This document shows positions 28,203 to 37,137 of a DNA stretch of 47,718 nucleotides, piece after piece (position 1 is the stretch's first letter; every line of letters starts with the position of its first letter). The translations under genes and the position numbers were made by a program. The notes under the pieces were generated by a model. That model was not told where the DNA came from and did not search any database. It worked only from the letters and a program-made list of their open reading frames with translations. Origin of the DNA: a virus; UHGV virus genome UHGV-0289063; one strand, given 5' to 3'.

Positions 28203-28846
28203 GCTGCACTCTCCTGTAATTTTTGACGGCGCTTCATCAGTGCACTGGCCCTGCGGGAAAAAATTGCTTTCACCCGCTTCAGGTAGGTAACGTCAAACCG
28301 GCGTGGGGCATTGTCAGCTTCGAGCCGCTCTACGCGCTCAAGTCCAATGCGATTAACCAGGCGGATCCGGTACTCGACAGCATTACCGCTCAACTGTCGG
28401 TTACAGCGGGTGCAAGCGGAGTGGACGTTAAACACGTTGAATTTGAGGTGTGAGGCAGCGCCGCGTGAACGGTAATGGCTGGCGTCAATGGCGCTGCCAG
28501 TCAGGTAATTGCTTTTGCCGATGAGTGGATTGCCGCAACTGACACATGGCTTGCCTTCATCGCGGATCCGGATGTAGCGGTTAAAGGCCGATTGAGCCTC
28601 TTTATCCCATTGGGATTTAGACTTGAGTGACTCACGCTTTTCTTGTCGGCGCTTGCGACCGGCTTTCTCGGCTTCCTTCTGCTCCTTAATGCGCTTAGCG
28701 GCGGCTTTCACCTTTTCCTTCTCGCGTTCTTCCATCGCGAGGATTGCGCCGTGCTCCGGGCAGCACCAGCGGATCCGGATGTCGTGGAATTTAGGCACGA
28801 AGTATTCACCACACACTTTGCACTTGCGGCGGGATGGTTTACGCAC
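28199..28846 (-). CDS. ninG: NinG (Rap) recombination-associated protein
   Basis: Colinear with lambda NinG (RRKCKVCGEYFVP...CVSCG...SACTRCN...). GTG start. Confidence 0.8.
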   Translation of the reverse strand: MRKPSRRKCKVCGEYFVPKFHDIRIRWCCPEHGAILAMEEREKEKVKAAAKRIKEQKEAEKAGRKRRQEKRESLKSKSQWDKEAQSAFNRYIRIRDEGKPCVSCGNPLIGKSNYLTGSAIDASHYRSRGAASHLKFNVFNVHSACTRCNRQLSGNAVEYRIRLVNRIGLERVERLEADNAPRRFDVTYLKRVKAIFSRRASALMKRRQKLQESAA

Positions 28847-29009
28847 GTTTCCTCCTTGCCGCGAGACGCAGCCATTTCTGATCCACCAGGCGGGCGGTGT
28901 AGTCCTTCAGGGTCGGGACGTCGGACGGCTTAACCGCGGGCTTACGCTGGCGGCGCGCCGGAACGCGGAAGATTTCGTTGGTGATGACGCGGGAAAGTGG
29001 AGTAGACAT
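28842..29009 (-). CDS. 55-aa basic hypothetical protein
   Basis: RBS AGGAGG 6 nt upstream. TGATG overlap with ninB and overlap with the ninG GTG start. Confidence 0.5.
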
Positions 29010-29464
29010 CAGGCCTCCTGCTTATCGCGCAGCTGCTGGTATTCACAGCTCTGCGGAATGGTCAGGTGGCAGCCGATATTCATCGCCCAGGCTTCAACTT
29101 TGCACAGGAAGATGTACATCTCGCCGGTTTCCAGATCGGCGGTATGGCGGAGGGATTGGACGGTGGTGACCTCTCCGGACACGACGTCCACGCGGTCTTT
29201 GCTTTCGTAGCCGAGATAGGTGTGCTTCATCGCGTCCTTGACCCACTCAGGAGTAGCGAAGGTCTTGCCGCGGGCGATGAGGTAGTCGCTGATTTCCGTG
29301 TACCACATGTGGCTGAGCGCGTTCTGAGACAGGCTGCGCTTCTCGCGCCACGGCTTAACCTGCAGGCGGAAGCATTGCCCGGCATCCAGCAATGGCTGAA
29401 TCTGCTGGCCAATAGCCGCGAAGTTGCCGCGATGGAGTTTGATGCCGTCTACTGGCAGAGTCAT
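29009..29464 (-). CDS. ninB: NinB (Orf) recombination mediator
   Basis: RSLSQNALSHMW motif, similar to lambda NinB; RBS TAAGGAGG. Confidence 0.7.
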   Translation of the reverse strand: MTLPVDGIKLHRGNFAAIGQQIQPLLDAGQCFRLQVKPWREKRSLSQNALSHMWYTEISDYLIARGKTFATPEWVKDAMKHTYLGYESKDRVDVVSGEVTTVQSLRHTADLETGEMYIFLCKVEAWAMNIGCHLTIPQSCEYQQLRDKQEA

Positions 29465-29700
29465 ACGGCCTCCTTAACGGAAACCGCAGAATGCAGAAAA
29501 TCGCAGGTGCATTTCTGCATCTGTGACAAGGTGAGGAGTTCAGATTGTGGTCGCATTTAAGTCCCCTTAAATGCGCAGAAGTCACCAATGGGTGTTCAGG
29601 CCATCAGCAAAGAAATTATGGACGGTTGATTCAACAAAATCAACTCAAGAGAAAGGCCTCCGAAGAGGCCTGTTTGTTATGCGTCGAATGGGTTAGGCGT
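29465..29700 (-). promoter_or_regulatory. Non-coding region with three strong inverted repeats (tR2-like terminator cluster upstream of the nin genes)
   Basis: ATGCAGAAA-N12-TTTCTGCAT (29495-29524); GCATTTAAG-TCCC-CTTAAATGC (29547-29568); AGGCCTC-CGAA-GAGGCCT (29654-29671). Confidence 0.5.
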
Positions 29701-29900
29701 CATCGCTTGTCCCTTTTCAGTTTGGCGATCGGGTTGTTCCACGCGTCAATATCCTCCTGGATAAGTTTTCCTTTCCCTTTGCATAGTTCGCATTTTGTCA
29801 GCAACCCAAAGCACTTAGGGCACTTAACAAATGGACCAAACTCTCTCTTCCATGAAAGCACGCGAGCATTGATGATTATCTTGTTTAAGCTTTCCATCAT
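29700..29900 (-). CDS. Small Zn-ribbon protein (CPKC...CELC)
   Basis: RBS AGGAGG; ATGA overlap with the upstream gene. Confidence 0.5.
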   Translation of the reverse strand: MMESLNKIIINARVLSWKREFGPFVKCPKCFGLLTKCELCKGKGKLIQEDIDAWNNPIAKLKRDKR

Positions 29901-30166
29901 GCCTCCTGCTGCGGTGCTGCTGCCCACTGCTTGCATTCCTTAACCTGCTCTTCTGTGAAGTGGGAAAATGCCCCATCATCACTCCAGCCGACACTATGAA
30001 AGTGGTCCGGCAACGGCCCTTTTTTCCTACGCTCGCAACAATAAAACTCAACAGAGTCGGCTATCGGAACAGGCCTGGAGAACTTCCATGTAAACCCAGC
30101 CTTCCTCATTAGCTCCCCTGGCTCTCCACTGAAGTAGCTAATGATTATTCTCTTGAATTTTGGCAT
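29897..30166 (-). CDS. Hypothetical protein
   Basis: ORF with a strong downstream coupling junction. Confidence 0.45.
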   Translation of the reverse strand: MPKFKRIIISYFSGEPGELMRKAGFTWKFSRPVPIADSVEFYCCERRKKGPLPDHFHSVGWSDDGAFSHFTEEQVKECKQWAAAPQQEA

Positions 30167-30170
30167 CTAA

Positions 30171-30740
30171 TTACTCCTGCTGCGGTGCTGCTGGCGGCAG
30201 CATGTATTGCCAATGCGTAGCGTCACGACATACTGATTTGAACAAAGACGCCGGTACAGAACGGAATCGAAAATCTTCATGCGGTGTAGGTGTATAGGCG
30301 CATACACGGAATGCGCTATCAGGGTCCGGCAACCGATCACTGCAAGCCACCCAACCATCCGGAATCACCGGAGAGTTGAGTTGTTCGGAATTACCGAACG
30401 ACTGAAGCATTGCTGCGCGATAGGCGTTCCAGCCGACAGCTTTTCCGTGTTCAAACGAGCTGTCAAAGTCATCATCCATTTCCATCGCATCAGGCACAGA
30501 TACCGGCGCTGGAGGGGCGGTGTAAAGCGGCGTTACTTCTCGCAGCGGGTCGGCATAAGCATTGCCACTATCGAAGCTGACGTTGTTTTTTGCGCCGCCG
30601 CCTGACAGTAGCCACGCCACAGGCTCCGCTTCGAGCGATGCCAGCGCGATAAGAGCAATCTGGCGAATTTCATCGTTAACATTACACATTCGCGGGTCAT
30701 TGGCGTATTGCTCAATGCGCTCTTTGGTAATAGTGCTCAT
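30171..30740 (-). CDS. Hypothetical protein with a DUF551-like C-terminal domain
   Basis: C-terminal WVACSDRLPDPD...VCAYTP pattern typical of phage DUF551. Confidence 0.45.
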   Translation of the reverse strand: MSTITKERIEQYANDPRMCNVNDEIRQIALIALASLEAEPVAWLLSGGGAKNNVSFDSGNAYADPLREVTPLYTAPPAPVSVPDAMEMDDDFDSSFEHGKAVGWNAYRAAMLQSFGNSEQLNSPVIPDGWVACSDRLPDPDSAFRVCAYTPTPHEDFRFRSVPASLFKSVCRDATHWQYMLPPAAPQQE

Positions 30741-31378
30741 GACGCCTCTCCTTTACCGGCTGCGGCGGCCACTTTCACGCCAGCTTCTTCAAGCGCCCTG
30801 AAAAATTCAAGGCGAACACCAACCAGAATGTCTTCACGCTCCCGCATGGTGACTTCCGCCAAGTAATCACTGAGCATTTTCAGTTCAGGCAATTTCACCT
30901 CCCGCGCCTCCAGCTCAGCAATCCGTTTCTCAGCTTTCTCAGCCCTGTCTCGCTCACGCTGAAACATCTTGTGCGTAGTGTCTATTGCGCCAAGACGTGC
31001 TGCCGATGTTTTTTGCACGGCTTCCAGCTCAGCCTGCAGCGCTTCAACCACCTCCAAACCAAAGCTTCTCTGAGTCTCCTGAATTACTCTGAGGCGCTCA
31101 AGATTGGCATCTGAGCTAATGCCGAAATCAGGCATAGCTTTACGCTTGGCGATATCGTCGCGTATCTGCTGTTTGTCGATGTTGCTCATTGGGCGGCCTC
31201 CTTCTGCATCGTTTTTCACCGGCCACAGGATGTCAGCCGAGAATACGTAGACCTCTTTGCCTTCATCGTTGGTGAGCCAGTATTCGGCGTCAGGCGCAAT
31301 ATTCAGCGTCAGGATGCCATCTCTGCGCGTGCGTACCTTCTGCCCGTGCTTCCACCATTCAGGGAATCCGTTGCTCAT
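30737..31378 (-). CDS. Hypothetical protein (N-terminal domain plus coiled-coil) with an internal in-frame strong RBS/ATG
   Basis: ORF; GAAGGAGG is followed by an in-frame ATG at residue 64. Confidence 0.4.
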   Translation of the reverse strand: MSNGFPEWWKHGQKVRTRRDGILTLNIAPDAEYWLTNDEGKEVYVFSADILWPVKNDAEGGRPMSNIDKQQIRDDIAKRKAMPDFGISSDANLERLRVIQETQRSFGLEVVEALQAELEAVQKTSAARLGAIDTTHKMFQRERDRAEKAEKRIAELEAREVKLPELKMLSDYLAEVTMREREDILVGVRLEFFRALEEAGVKVAAAAGKGEAS

Positions 31379-31794
31379 GACTGCACTCCTTTGCGAAGCC
31401 CGTTGGCGAAGTCTGATGCATGCTCACCGAGGAGTTTCCAGTTATCGCTGATATCAGACGAAAGCGACTGGGAGGCTTTTAAATCGCATTTCTGTGCAAA
31501 CATCTCCACACCGCTGGCCCGAACTTCAGCCAGGAAAGCGTCCGTTGCTGGGGTTTTGATGTCGTTAAGCGCATCAGTGAATCCGCCGCGCTCCATGCCT
31601 AATTCAGCTTCGTAATCAGCATCGAACGCAGCGTCTTTGCAGAATTTCTTCAGCCCCGCATTCTCCGAAGCCAGCGCCGCGAATGTGGTTTCAACTACGT
31701 TAAGCAGAGTCGTAACTTCTTCCGGTGACATGTGCTCACCACAGTCGGCATTAATCCTGGCGTTTTTAATCAGATCTTCGTATTTACTGCTCAT
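31375..31794 (-). CDS. Hypothetical protein (start revised to the ATG with an RBS)
   Basis: RBS GGAGGG before MSSKYEDL; ATGA overlap with the upstream gene. Confidence 0.4.
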   Translation of the reverse strand: MSSKYEDLIKNARINADCGEHMSPEEVTTLLNVVETTFAALASENAGLKKFCKDAAFDADYEAELGMERGGFTDALNDIKTPATDAFLAEVRASGVEMFAQKCDLKASQSLSSDISDNWKLLGEHASDFANGLRKGVQS

Positions 31795-32105
31795 ACCCCT
31801 ACCCTCCCCCAAACCATCAATACTCGCTTCATTGCTGCGCTGTTGCGGCACTCCTGAAATATTCCGTTGGTGCAGCTGCGCGCGGTACCAGCCTGCTCTT
31901 CCGGCGTAGCCAGGCGATAAGTCACCGTTCGCCAGACCTTGCTCACGCGCACAATCTTGCGGGCCCGCTCAAGATCGATAGCGTTCTTCGTGATGCAGTT
32001 GATGGTCATGCCACACTCGGCGGCCACATCCTTAGCGGTAAAGGTCCTGTGCGTTTCGAGATAACGCAGAATTGCCTGTTTGCCTTTCATCGTCTTAGCA
32101 CTCAT
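31791..32105 (-). CDS. Small putative winged-helix DNA-binding protein
   Basis: RBS AGGAGG; located downstream of the helicase gene. Confidence 0.4.
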   Translation of the reverse strand: MSAKTMKGKQAILRYLETHRTFTAKDVAAECGMTINCITKNAIDLERARKIVRVSKVWRTVTYRLATPEEQAGTARSCTNGIFQECRNSAAMKRVLMVWGRVGV

Positions 32106-33468
32106 AGTCAGCCTCCTGTTCCATCTGGCCGCTGTAGGTGAAATCTACCGGGTCCAGGCCTGAGTAGCGGCTGCTGAAGTGGTAGGTCTTTTCTGCCCCC
32201 GGAGCATGGCGGGACTTCACACAGATGATTTCGGTGATGCCTTTCAGTTCGGTGTTCGGGTTGTATTTCTCATCCCGGTAGATCATGAAAATCACATCGG
32301 CTTCCTGCTCGATAACACCGGACTCGCGGAGGTCAGCTGCGACCGGGCGCTTATTAGCACGTTCTTCGACCTTACGGTTAAGCTGAGCCAGTGCGATGAC
32401 CGGGCAACGCAACTCTTTCGCCAGGTTCTTCAGGCCGGTGGCGATCTCCCCTACGCTGCGGTTCATGTTCTCAGGGTCAGACATGCGCATCTTCTGGAGG
32501 TAATCGACAATGACCACACCAAGTCCACCCAGTTTCTTGCTCATTCGCCTGGCTTCCGCTCGCACCTGATGAACGCTGAGGGATGGCTTGTCGTTGATAT
32601 AGATCGGGGCTTCGATGAAATCCTTCATGCAGTGGCCGACCTTTCCCCAGGCACCATCCATCACGCCGCTCTGCTTGCTGAGTAAATCCTCTTTGCTCAC
32701 CCGGGCCCGGTGGAACGCGACTCGCTCAGAGATTTGTTCCACTGGCATCTCGAGACTGAAGAACAGCACCGGCTTTTTGTTTTTCAGGCCGACTGTCTCG
32801 GTCACGGTGGTGCTGAACATAGTTTTCCCCATGCCAGGGCGCCCGCCGACAACGATGAAATCGGTGTTGTTGAACCCGCCGAATGCGCTGTCGATGGTTG
32901 CCATGCCCAGCTCGGTTTTGTGCTTCCAGATATCGCCGCTGATAATCGACTGGATAGTCTCGAGGGACATGTCGATCCCGGTGGTGATGTGCTCGGTGCC
33001 GTAGTCGGTGTTGTGCTCGATGCCAGAGATATCCGCCTGTATGTTGCCGATGATGTCAGCGATACCCTCACTGGATGGTTCGGACAGCTTCTGGATCCCT
33101 ACCTGTAGCGCCAGGGTCATCCGGCGGCCGAGATGCATTTCCCGCAACTTTTCGCAGTACGAGGCAAGGTTCGCGAACGACGGTGTGTTTTTGCTGCATT
33201 CAGCCAGGTAAGCGAATCCCCCGGCACTTTCCAGCGCGCCAAGCCGTTCAAGGTCGCTGGTCAACGTCAGCAGGTCTATCTTCTCCCCGGACTCGTTGAG
33301 GCGTTTGTAGGACCGCAGAGCCACCTTGTGAGGCGTTGCTGTGAAGTGGTCCTCAGTCAGCCCCTCAATCGCGTCAGTCGCCATGTCAACGCCGTCTGTG
33401 CGGCCCGCTGCGAGCATGATCCCGCCGATTACGGCCTGCTCAACGTATAAATCAATAAAACGGCTCAT
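32095..33468 (-). CDS. dnaB: Replicative DNA helicase (DnaB family)
   Basis: Walker A GRPGMGKT, plus the DnaB N-terminal domain and the RecA-like core. Confidence 0.9.
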   Translation of the reverse strand: MSRFIDLYVEQAVIGGIMLAAGRTDGVDMATDAIEGLTEDHFTATPHKVALRSYKRLNESGEKIDLLTLTSDLERLGALESAGGFAYLAECSKNTPSFANLASYCEKLREMHLGRRMTLALQVGIQKLSEPSSEGIADIIGNIQADISGIEHNTDYGTEHITTGIDMSLETIQSIISGDIWKHKTELGMATIDSAFGGFNNTDFIVVGGRPGMGKTMFSTTVTETVGLKNKKPVLFFSLEMPVEQISERVAFHRARVSKEDLLSKQSGVMDGAWGKVGHCMKDFIEAPIYINDKPSLSVHQVRAEARRMSKKLGGLGVVIVDYLQKMRMSDPENMNRSVGEIATGLKNLAKELRCPVIALAQLNRKVEERANKRPVAADLRESGVIEQEADVIFMIYRDEKYNPNTELKGITEIICVKSRHAPGAEKTYHFSSRYSGLDPVDFTYSGQMEQEADYEC

Positions 33469-34556
33469 GCTTTGACTCCCTTGCGCTCACGGTGCTCGTT
33501 GATGGCCTGCTCGTAGACAGATCCCCAGTTCTTCGGATTCAGGATCCAGTCGAGTGTCAGCCATGGCTGATCGCCTCTGGTGGCGAACAGGGAAGACTTG
33601 CTAATCAGCTCGAAGGCCATTCCCATGTGCTTCAGTTCTCGCCAGTTGCCCTGGGTGGTTTTGCCGTTCCACACAGCTTCCAGGTCTCGATAGGCCGGAC
33701 GGCGGCGGTTCCACTCATGCAGCGAAACGGCCTTCGAAGGGAATTTTTCATTCCAGAGCTTGATGATCTCTTCGTGCGGACAGGCTTTCGGGTTGCTTCC
33801 ATGACCATCTGCCCATATCAGGGCGTCTGACAGGTATCCATCAAAGCGGGTCATACGGCACAGGTTCTCTGGCTTGAAGCTGTGACCCCAGTTCACATGG
33901 GCCCAGCGGATAACGAGTTTCAGCTCTTCAGCGGTGTAGCACTGGTCTTTGCTCTTCACCGTGGAGAGAGCTTTCTCGAAAGGCGCCAGTGCAGCACAAC
34001 GACTACCCGTTAGCTCGTTGAAGTAATCCATCACTTCCTGAGCGAGTGAGTTTTCCCCCTTGGGGGATTTAGGGGGATCTTTTCTTTCTTTCTTTTGAAT
34101 AGTTTCTTTTGTGTTTAGCTGAGTTGGCTTATGGGTATTAGCTGACTTGGCTAATGTTTCATTAGCTGTTTCGGCTAATGATTTGCCATTTTGGCTAATG
34201 CTGAAATTCCAGTCAGAAATCACCTTATTCACCCCGATCGCCAGGCCGTTGGTAACGATGATGTTCATTGCAATCATCTCGTTCTTGGCCTTGCAGACAT
34301 GTGTATGGTGAATGCCGGTCATTGCTGCAATCTGGGTATTGGTAATGCGGTCAAACTTTTTCCCGAACCCGTAAGTTTTGCGGATCACCGCCAGAACGAC
34401 CTTCAGCTGGCGAGCCGTTAAATCAGCAGCCATAACCGCTTCCAGCAGCTCGTTAGCGATGCGGGTATACCCATCATCGATATCTGCCACCTGACGCTCC
34501 ACGACCGTTACAGACGGTCTGAAAGGTATTACTTTTGCGAGGCTACCCACGGCCAC
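33465..34556 (-). CDS. Replication initiation protein (lambda O-like N-terminal domain plus C-terminal domain)
   Basis: N-terminal ADLTARQLKVVLAVIRKTYGF pattern of phage replication protein O. Iterons lie inside the gene. Confidence 0.75.
   Translation of the reverse strand: MAVGSLAKVIPFRPSVTVVERQVADIDDGYTRIANELLEAVMAADLTARQLKVVLAVIRKTYGFGKKFDRITNTQIAAMTGIHHTHVCKAKNEMIAMNIIVTNGLAIGVNKVISDWNFSISQNGKSLAETANETLAKSANTHKPTQLNTKETIQKKERKDPPKSPKGENSLAQEVMDYFNELTGSRCAALAPFEKALSTVKSKDQCYTAEELKLVIRWAHVNWGHSFKPENLCRMTRFDGYLSDALIWADGHGSNPKACPHEEIIKLWNEKFPSKAVSLHEWNRRRPAYRDLEAVWNGKTTQGNWRELKHMGMAFELISKSSLFATRGDQPWLTLDWILNPKNWGSVYEQAINEHRERKGVKA
34075..34205. promoter_or_regulatory. Phage replication origin: four ~19-bp iterons spaced ~23-24 bp apart plus an adjacent AT-rich tract, inside the O-like gene
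   Basis: TTAGCTGAGTTGGCTTATG (34115), TTAGCTGACTTGGCTAATG (34138), TTAGCTGTTTCGGCTAATG (34162) and a partial ...TTTTGGCTAATG (34186). AT-rich tract 34078-34112. Confidence 0.7.
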
Positions 34557-34782
34557 TCTCCTTACGTTTCAGTTCTTCCAGGATGGCGCGCATCTTCTCT
34601 GCCACAATCGGGTTAACCGAGCGGATGAAGCGGTCGCGGGTTATGTTTTTATGTACAGCGGTATGGTAATAGCGTGGTTTTTTTGCCATTATTCCTCCTG
34701 CAATGAGTGCACACGATTTGCATTTGAAGGCCAGTTCTGTTCGCGCAGACTGGCTTTCGCCATTTTTGATACTTCCCATCAC
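34543..34782 (-). CDS. Small hypothetical protein
   Basis: ATGA coupling with the upstream gene; overlaps the O-like gene start. Confidence 0.4.
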   Translation of the reverse strand: MMGSIKNGESQSARTELAFKCKSCALIAGGIMAKKPRYYHTAVHKNITRDRFIRSVNPIVAEKMRAILEELKRKESGRG

Positions 34783-35384
34783 ATAACTCCCGGCGCCATA
34801 GCGGCCAGACTTGTCACCACCGCGGCGATTGATTCAGTGGGCAGAAAGCGCAGAAGTGCTTCAGCAGCTTCTCTCACCTCTTTCTCAAGGCGTTGTATCG
34901 GCTGACCAAGTAACTTCGCCTGATGCGCTTCAGTGCACTCTTTCATGGCCTCGGCTATCAGTTCGGCCTCAGTCTTTGCGACCAGACCGAACTCTCTCGC
35001 CACTTTCTCGTTATCCCGCGCCATCACGTCGATAATGACGGGGATCAGTAGCATCAACCCCTTGTCGTTCTTCGGGCCCGGATCGTTAATCATCCGGAAG
35101 AAGTTCTGCTTCGTGTTGTGTTCAGAACCTGCCAGTAACAACCCCTTCCCGCCGCGCGCCAGCCACTCTTTCGCAACCAGCTGAGAAATGTGAACCTGAG
35201 ACTGGCCCGGCGTAGCTTTTTGCCAGGCCTTAACTGCCTCCCGTATTCGAGTTAGCTTACGGTTATTACGCGGAACACTTTGATAAATCGAAATCAACGG
35301 ACGTTGTTCAAGTCCGGTACTCTGTTGATACGCAAGTGAATGCATTGCTTTCCCTTTCGTGGTTAGGCCGCCGTTAAGCGGCAT
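34779..35384 (-). CDS. Hypothetical regulatory-region protein at the cII position (start uncertain)
   Basis: ORF downstream of cro; no recognisable motif. Confidence 0.35.
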   Translation of the reverse strand: MPLNGGLTTKGKAMHSLAYQQSTGLEQRPLISIYQSVPRNNRKLTRIREAVKAWQKATPGQSQVHISQLVAKEWLARGGKGLLLAGSEHNTKQNFFRMINDPGPKNDKGLMLLIPVIIDVMARDNEKVAREFGLVAKTEAELIAEAMKECTEAHQAKLLGQPIQRLEKEVREAAEALLRFLPTESIAAVVTSLAAMAPGVM

Positions 35385-35601
35385 GGTTCTCTGGGTGTGG
35401 AAACAGGTCGGGAAGATCAGGTCGAATTTCGTGTGCCTTAATCTCGCCACCAGTAGCGTTTACGATGGCTGTTACTTTTTCCGGAGATACGGAACCACCG
35501 TTAAGCCACTTGTGAACCGCTGGCTGGCTAACGCCGCAAATATCTGCTAGTCGCTTCTGGCTGCCAACGATTTCTAAAGCACGTTGAATAACTTTGTTCA
35601 T
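35374..35601 (-). CDS. cro: Cro-like HTH regulator
   Basis: 75 aa with HTH LADICGVSQPAVHKWLNG; divergent from cI. Confidence 0.75.
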   Translation of the reverse strand: MNKVIQRALEIVGSQKRLADICGVSQPAVHKWLNGGSVSPEKVTAIVNATGGEIKAHEIRPDLPDLFPHPENHAA

Positions 35602-35637
35602 GGATTTTACCTATCCGATTACTGGATTAATGAAAAG

Positions 35638-35700
35638 ATAACCCAAGTTATGACCATTGTCCATAACCTTTGTTATTTTACTCTGCATAACCTGAGTTAT
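35638..35700. promoter_or_regulatory. Operator region OR with three 14-bp ATAAC-N4-GTTAT sites and the divergent PR/PRM promoters
   Basis: ATAACCCAAGTTAT (35638-35651), ATAACCTTTGTTAT (35663-35676), ATAACCTGAGTTAT (35687-35700), spaced 24-25 bp. PRM -10 TATATT (35700-35705) ends 6 nt before the cI ATG, so the cI mRNA is leaderless. Confidence 0.7.
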
Positions 35701-35711
35701 ATATTGGCGCT

Positions 35712-36416
35712 ATGAAAACATTCGCAGATCGACTTAACGCGGCTATGAGAGCCGCAGGCATATCCCAAGGGCAGCTGGCTGAGAAAGTCGGCATATCTCA
35801 ACCTGCAATTCAGAAAATGACATCAGGCAAAACCACAGGCAGCCGTAAGATGGTTGAGCTTGCTCATGCATTGAACGTGCGTCCGGAATGGCTCAGTTCG
35901 GGCATAGGCTCAATGCAGGACGAAGGACGCAAGGACTCCGCTATCCCACCAGAATCGGAATGGGGTAAAGTTGACGCTTGGGATAGCAAAACAGATCTGC
36001 CAGATGACGAGGTCGAAGTGCCATATCTGAAAGACATAGAACTTGCGTGTGGTGATGGTTCCTGCTTGGAAGATGACTATAACGGATTCAAACTTCGTTT
36101 TGCGAAGTCTACCCTTCGTAAGGTGGGAGCCCAGAAAGATAGCGTGCTGTGCTTCCCGGCATCAGGAAATAGCATGGAGCCCATGATCCCGGAAGGGACG
36201 ACGGTCGCTATCAACACGAACGACAAAAAGATCGTTGATGGCAAGGTTTATGCAATAAGCCAGGACGGATGGAAAAGGCTAAAATCCATTTATCGTGTCA
36301 GTCCTACCCGCATCGTGATTCGCAGCTTCAACAGTGAAGAGTACCCTGATGAAGAAGCGGATATCGAGAGCGTAGAGATTATTGGTCGCATGTTCTGGAC
36401 ATCTACTATCTGGTAA
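35712..36416 (+). CDS. cI: CI-type prophage repressor (HTH_XRE plus S24 LexA-like autopeptidase)
   Basis: N-terminal HTH ISQGQLAEKVGISQPAIQKM. C-terminal ASGNSMEP catalytic Ser and a WKRLK Lys. Confidence 0.85.
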   Translation: MKTFADRLNAAMRAAGISQGQLAEKVGISQPAIQKMTSGKTTGSRKMVELAHALNVRPEWLSSGIGSMQDEGRKDSAIPPESEWGKVDAWDSKTDLPDDEVEVPYLKDIELACGDGSCLEDDYNGFKLRFAKSTLRKVGAQKDSVLCFPASGNSMEPMIPEGTTVAINTNDKKIVDGKVYAISQDGWKRLKSIYRVSPTRIVIRSFNSEEYPDEEADIESVEIIGRMFWTSTIW

Positions 36417-36430
36417 TCAAGAGGGAATGG

Positions 36431-37120
36431 ATGAAATTAGAACTAATAGCATTATCTTTACTGGCTTTAACTACGAACGCAATCGGCTCTAGCACCCTGA
36501 GCTGCGATTACGCTAAGTCGGACATCAGTAATGGAGCTAATGCTCCAATGATTCCTGGCGGAAAAGGCACTGTCGAATTTGATGGAAAATCCTTTAAAGC
36601 CACACGTCCAAATGGTGGCGTGATCATTTCACCAATAATCAGTGAACAAAAAAATGGAATGCTTTTTCTTGACGACAAGACAAAAGTGTTCGCGGCAAGC
36701 CTTTCTAAAACTGATTTCGCTATCTCTGACCGAATTGCTCGAATTACTGAGCAATGGGCCAACTGCATTGATGTTAGTCCATCGCCGAACAATTCAGATA
36801 ACGACAAACCGGCAACTGCCTGGAAATATAGGTCTCTCACGAAGCAGGAGATAAATGCTGTTGAGGCAGCAGTGAAAGACCAATTGAAGGATCCAGAAAG
36901 TGCCAGATTCAAGCACTCTAAGTTTGTGAGCAACGGGAAAGGCGCTTACTGCGGCCTGGTTAATTCCAAAAACTCATATGGCGGCTATGCTGGAAACACT
37001 CCTTTCATGGTCATGCTTATCAACAATGGCAAACCTCACGCTGGCTTTATTGGTATGGGCGGAGATGATGCCGAGACCCTGTCAACGCTATCCGTCTGCA
37101 AAGACAGTGGTTATTTCTAA
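36431..37120 (+). CDS. Secreted/periplasmic hypothetical protein co-transcribed with cI; moron and candidate superinfection-exclusion protein
   Basis: N-terminal signal peptide MKLELIALSLLALTTNAIG. AT-rich. Followed by a strong terminator. Confidence 0.6.
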   Translation: MKLELIALSLLALTTNAIGSSTLSCDYAKSDISNGANAPMIPGGKGTVEFDGKSFKATRPNGGVIISPIISEQKNGMLFLDDKTKVFAASLSKTDFAISDRIARITEQWANCIDVSPSPNNSDNDKPATAWKYRSLTKQEINAVEAAVKDQLKDPESARFKHSKFVSNGKGAYCGLVNSKNSYGGYAGNTPFMVMLINNGKPHAGFIGMGGDDAETLSTLSVCKDSGYF

Positions 37121-37137
37121 ACCCCACCTTGATTGAA

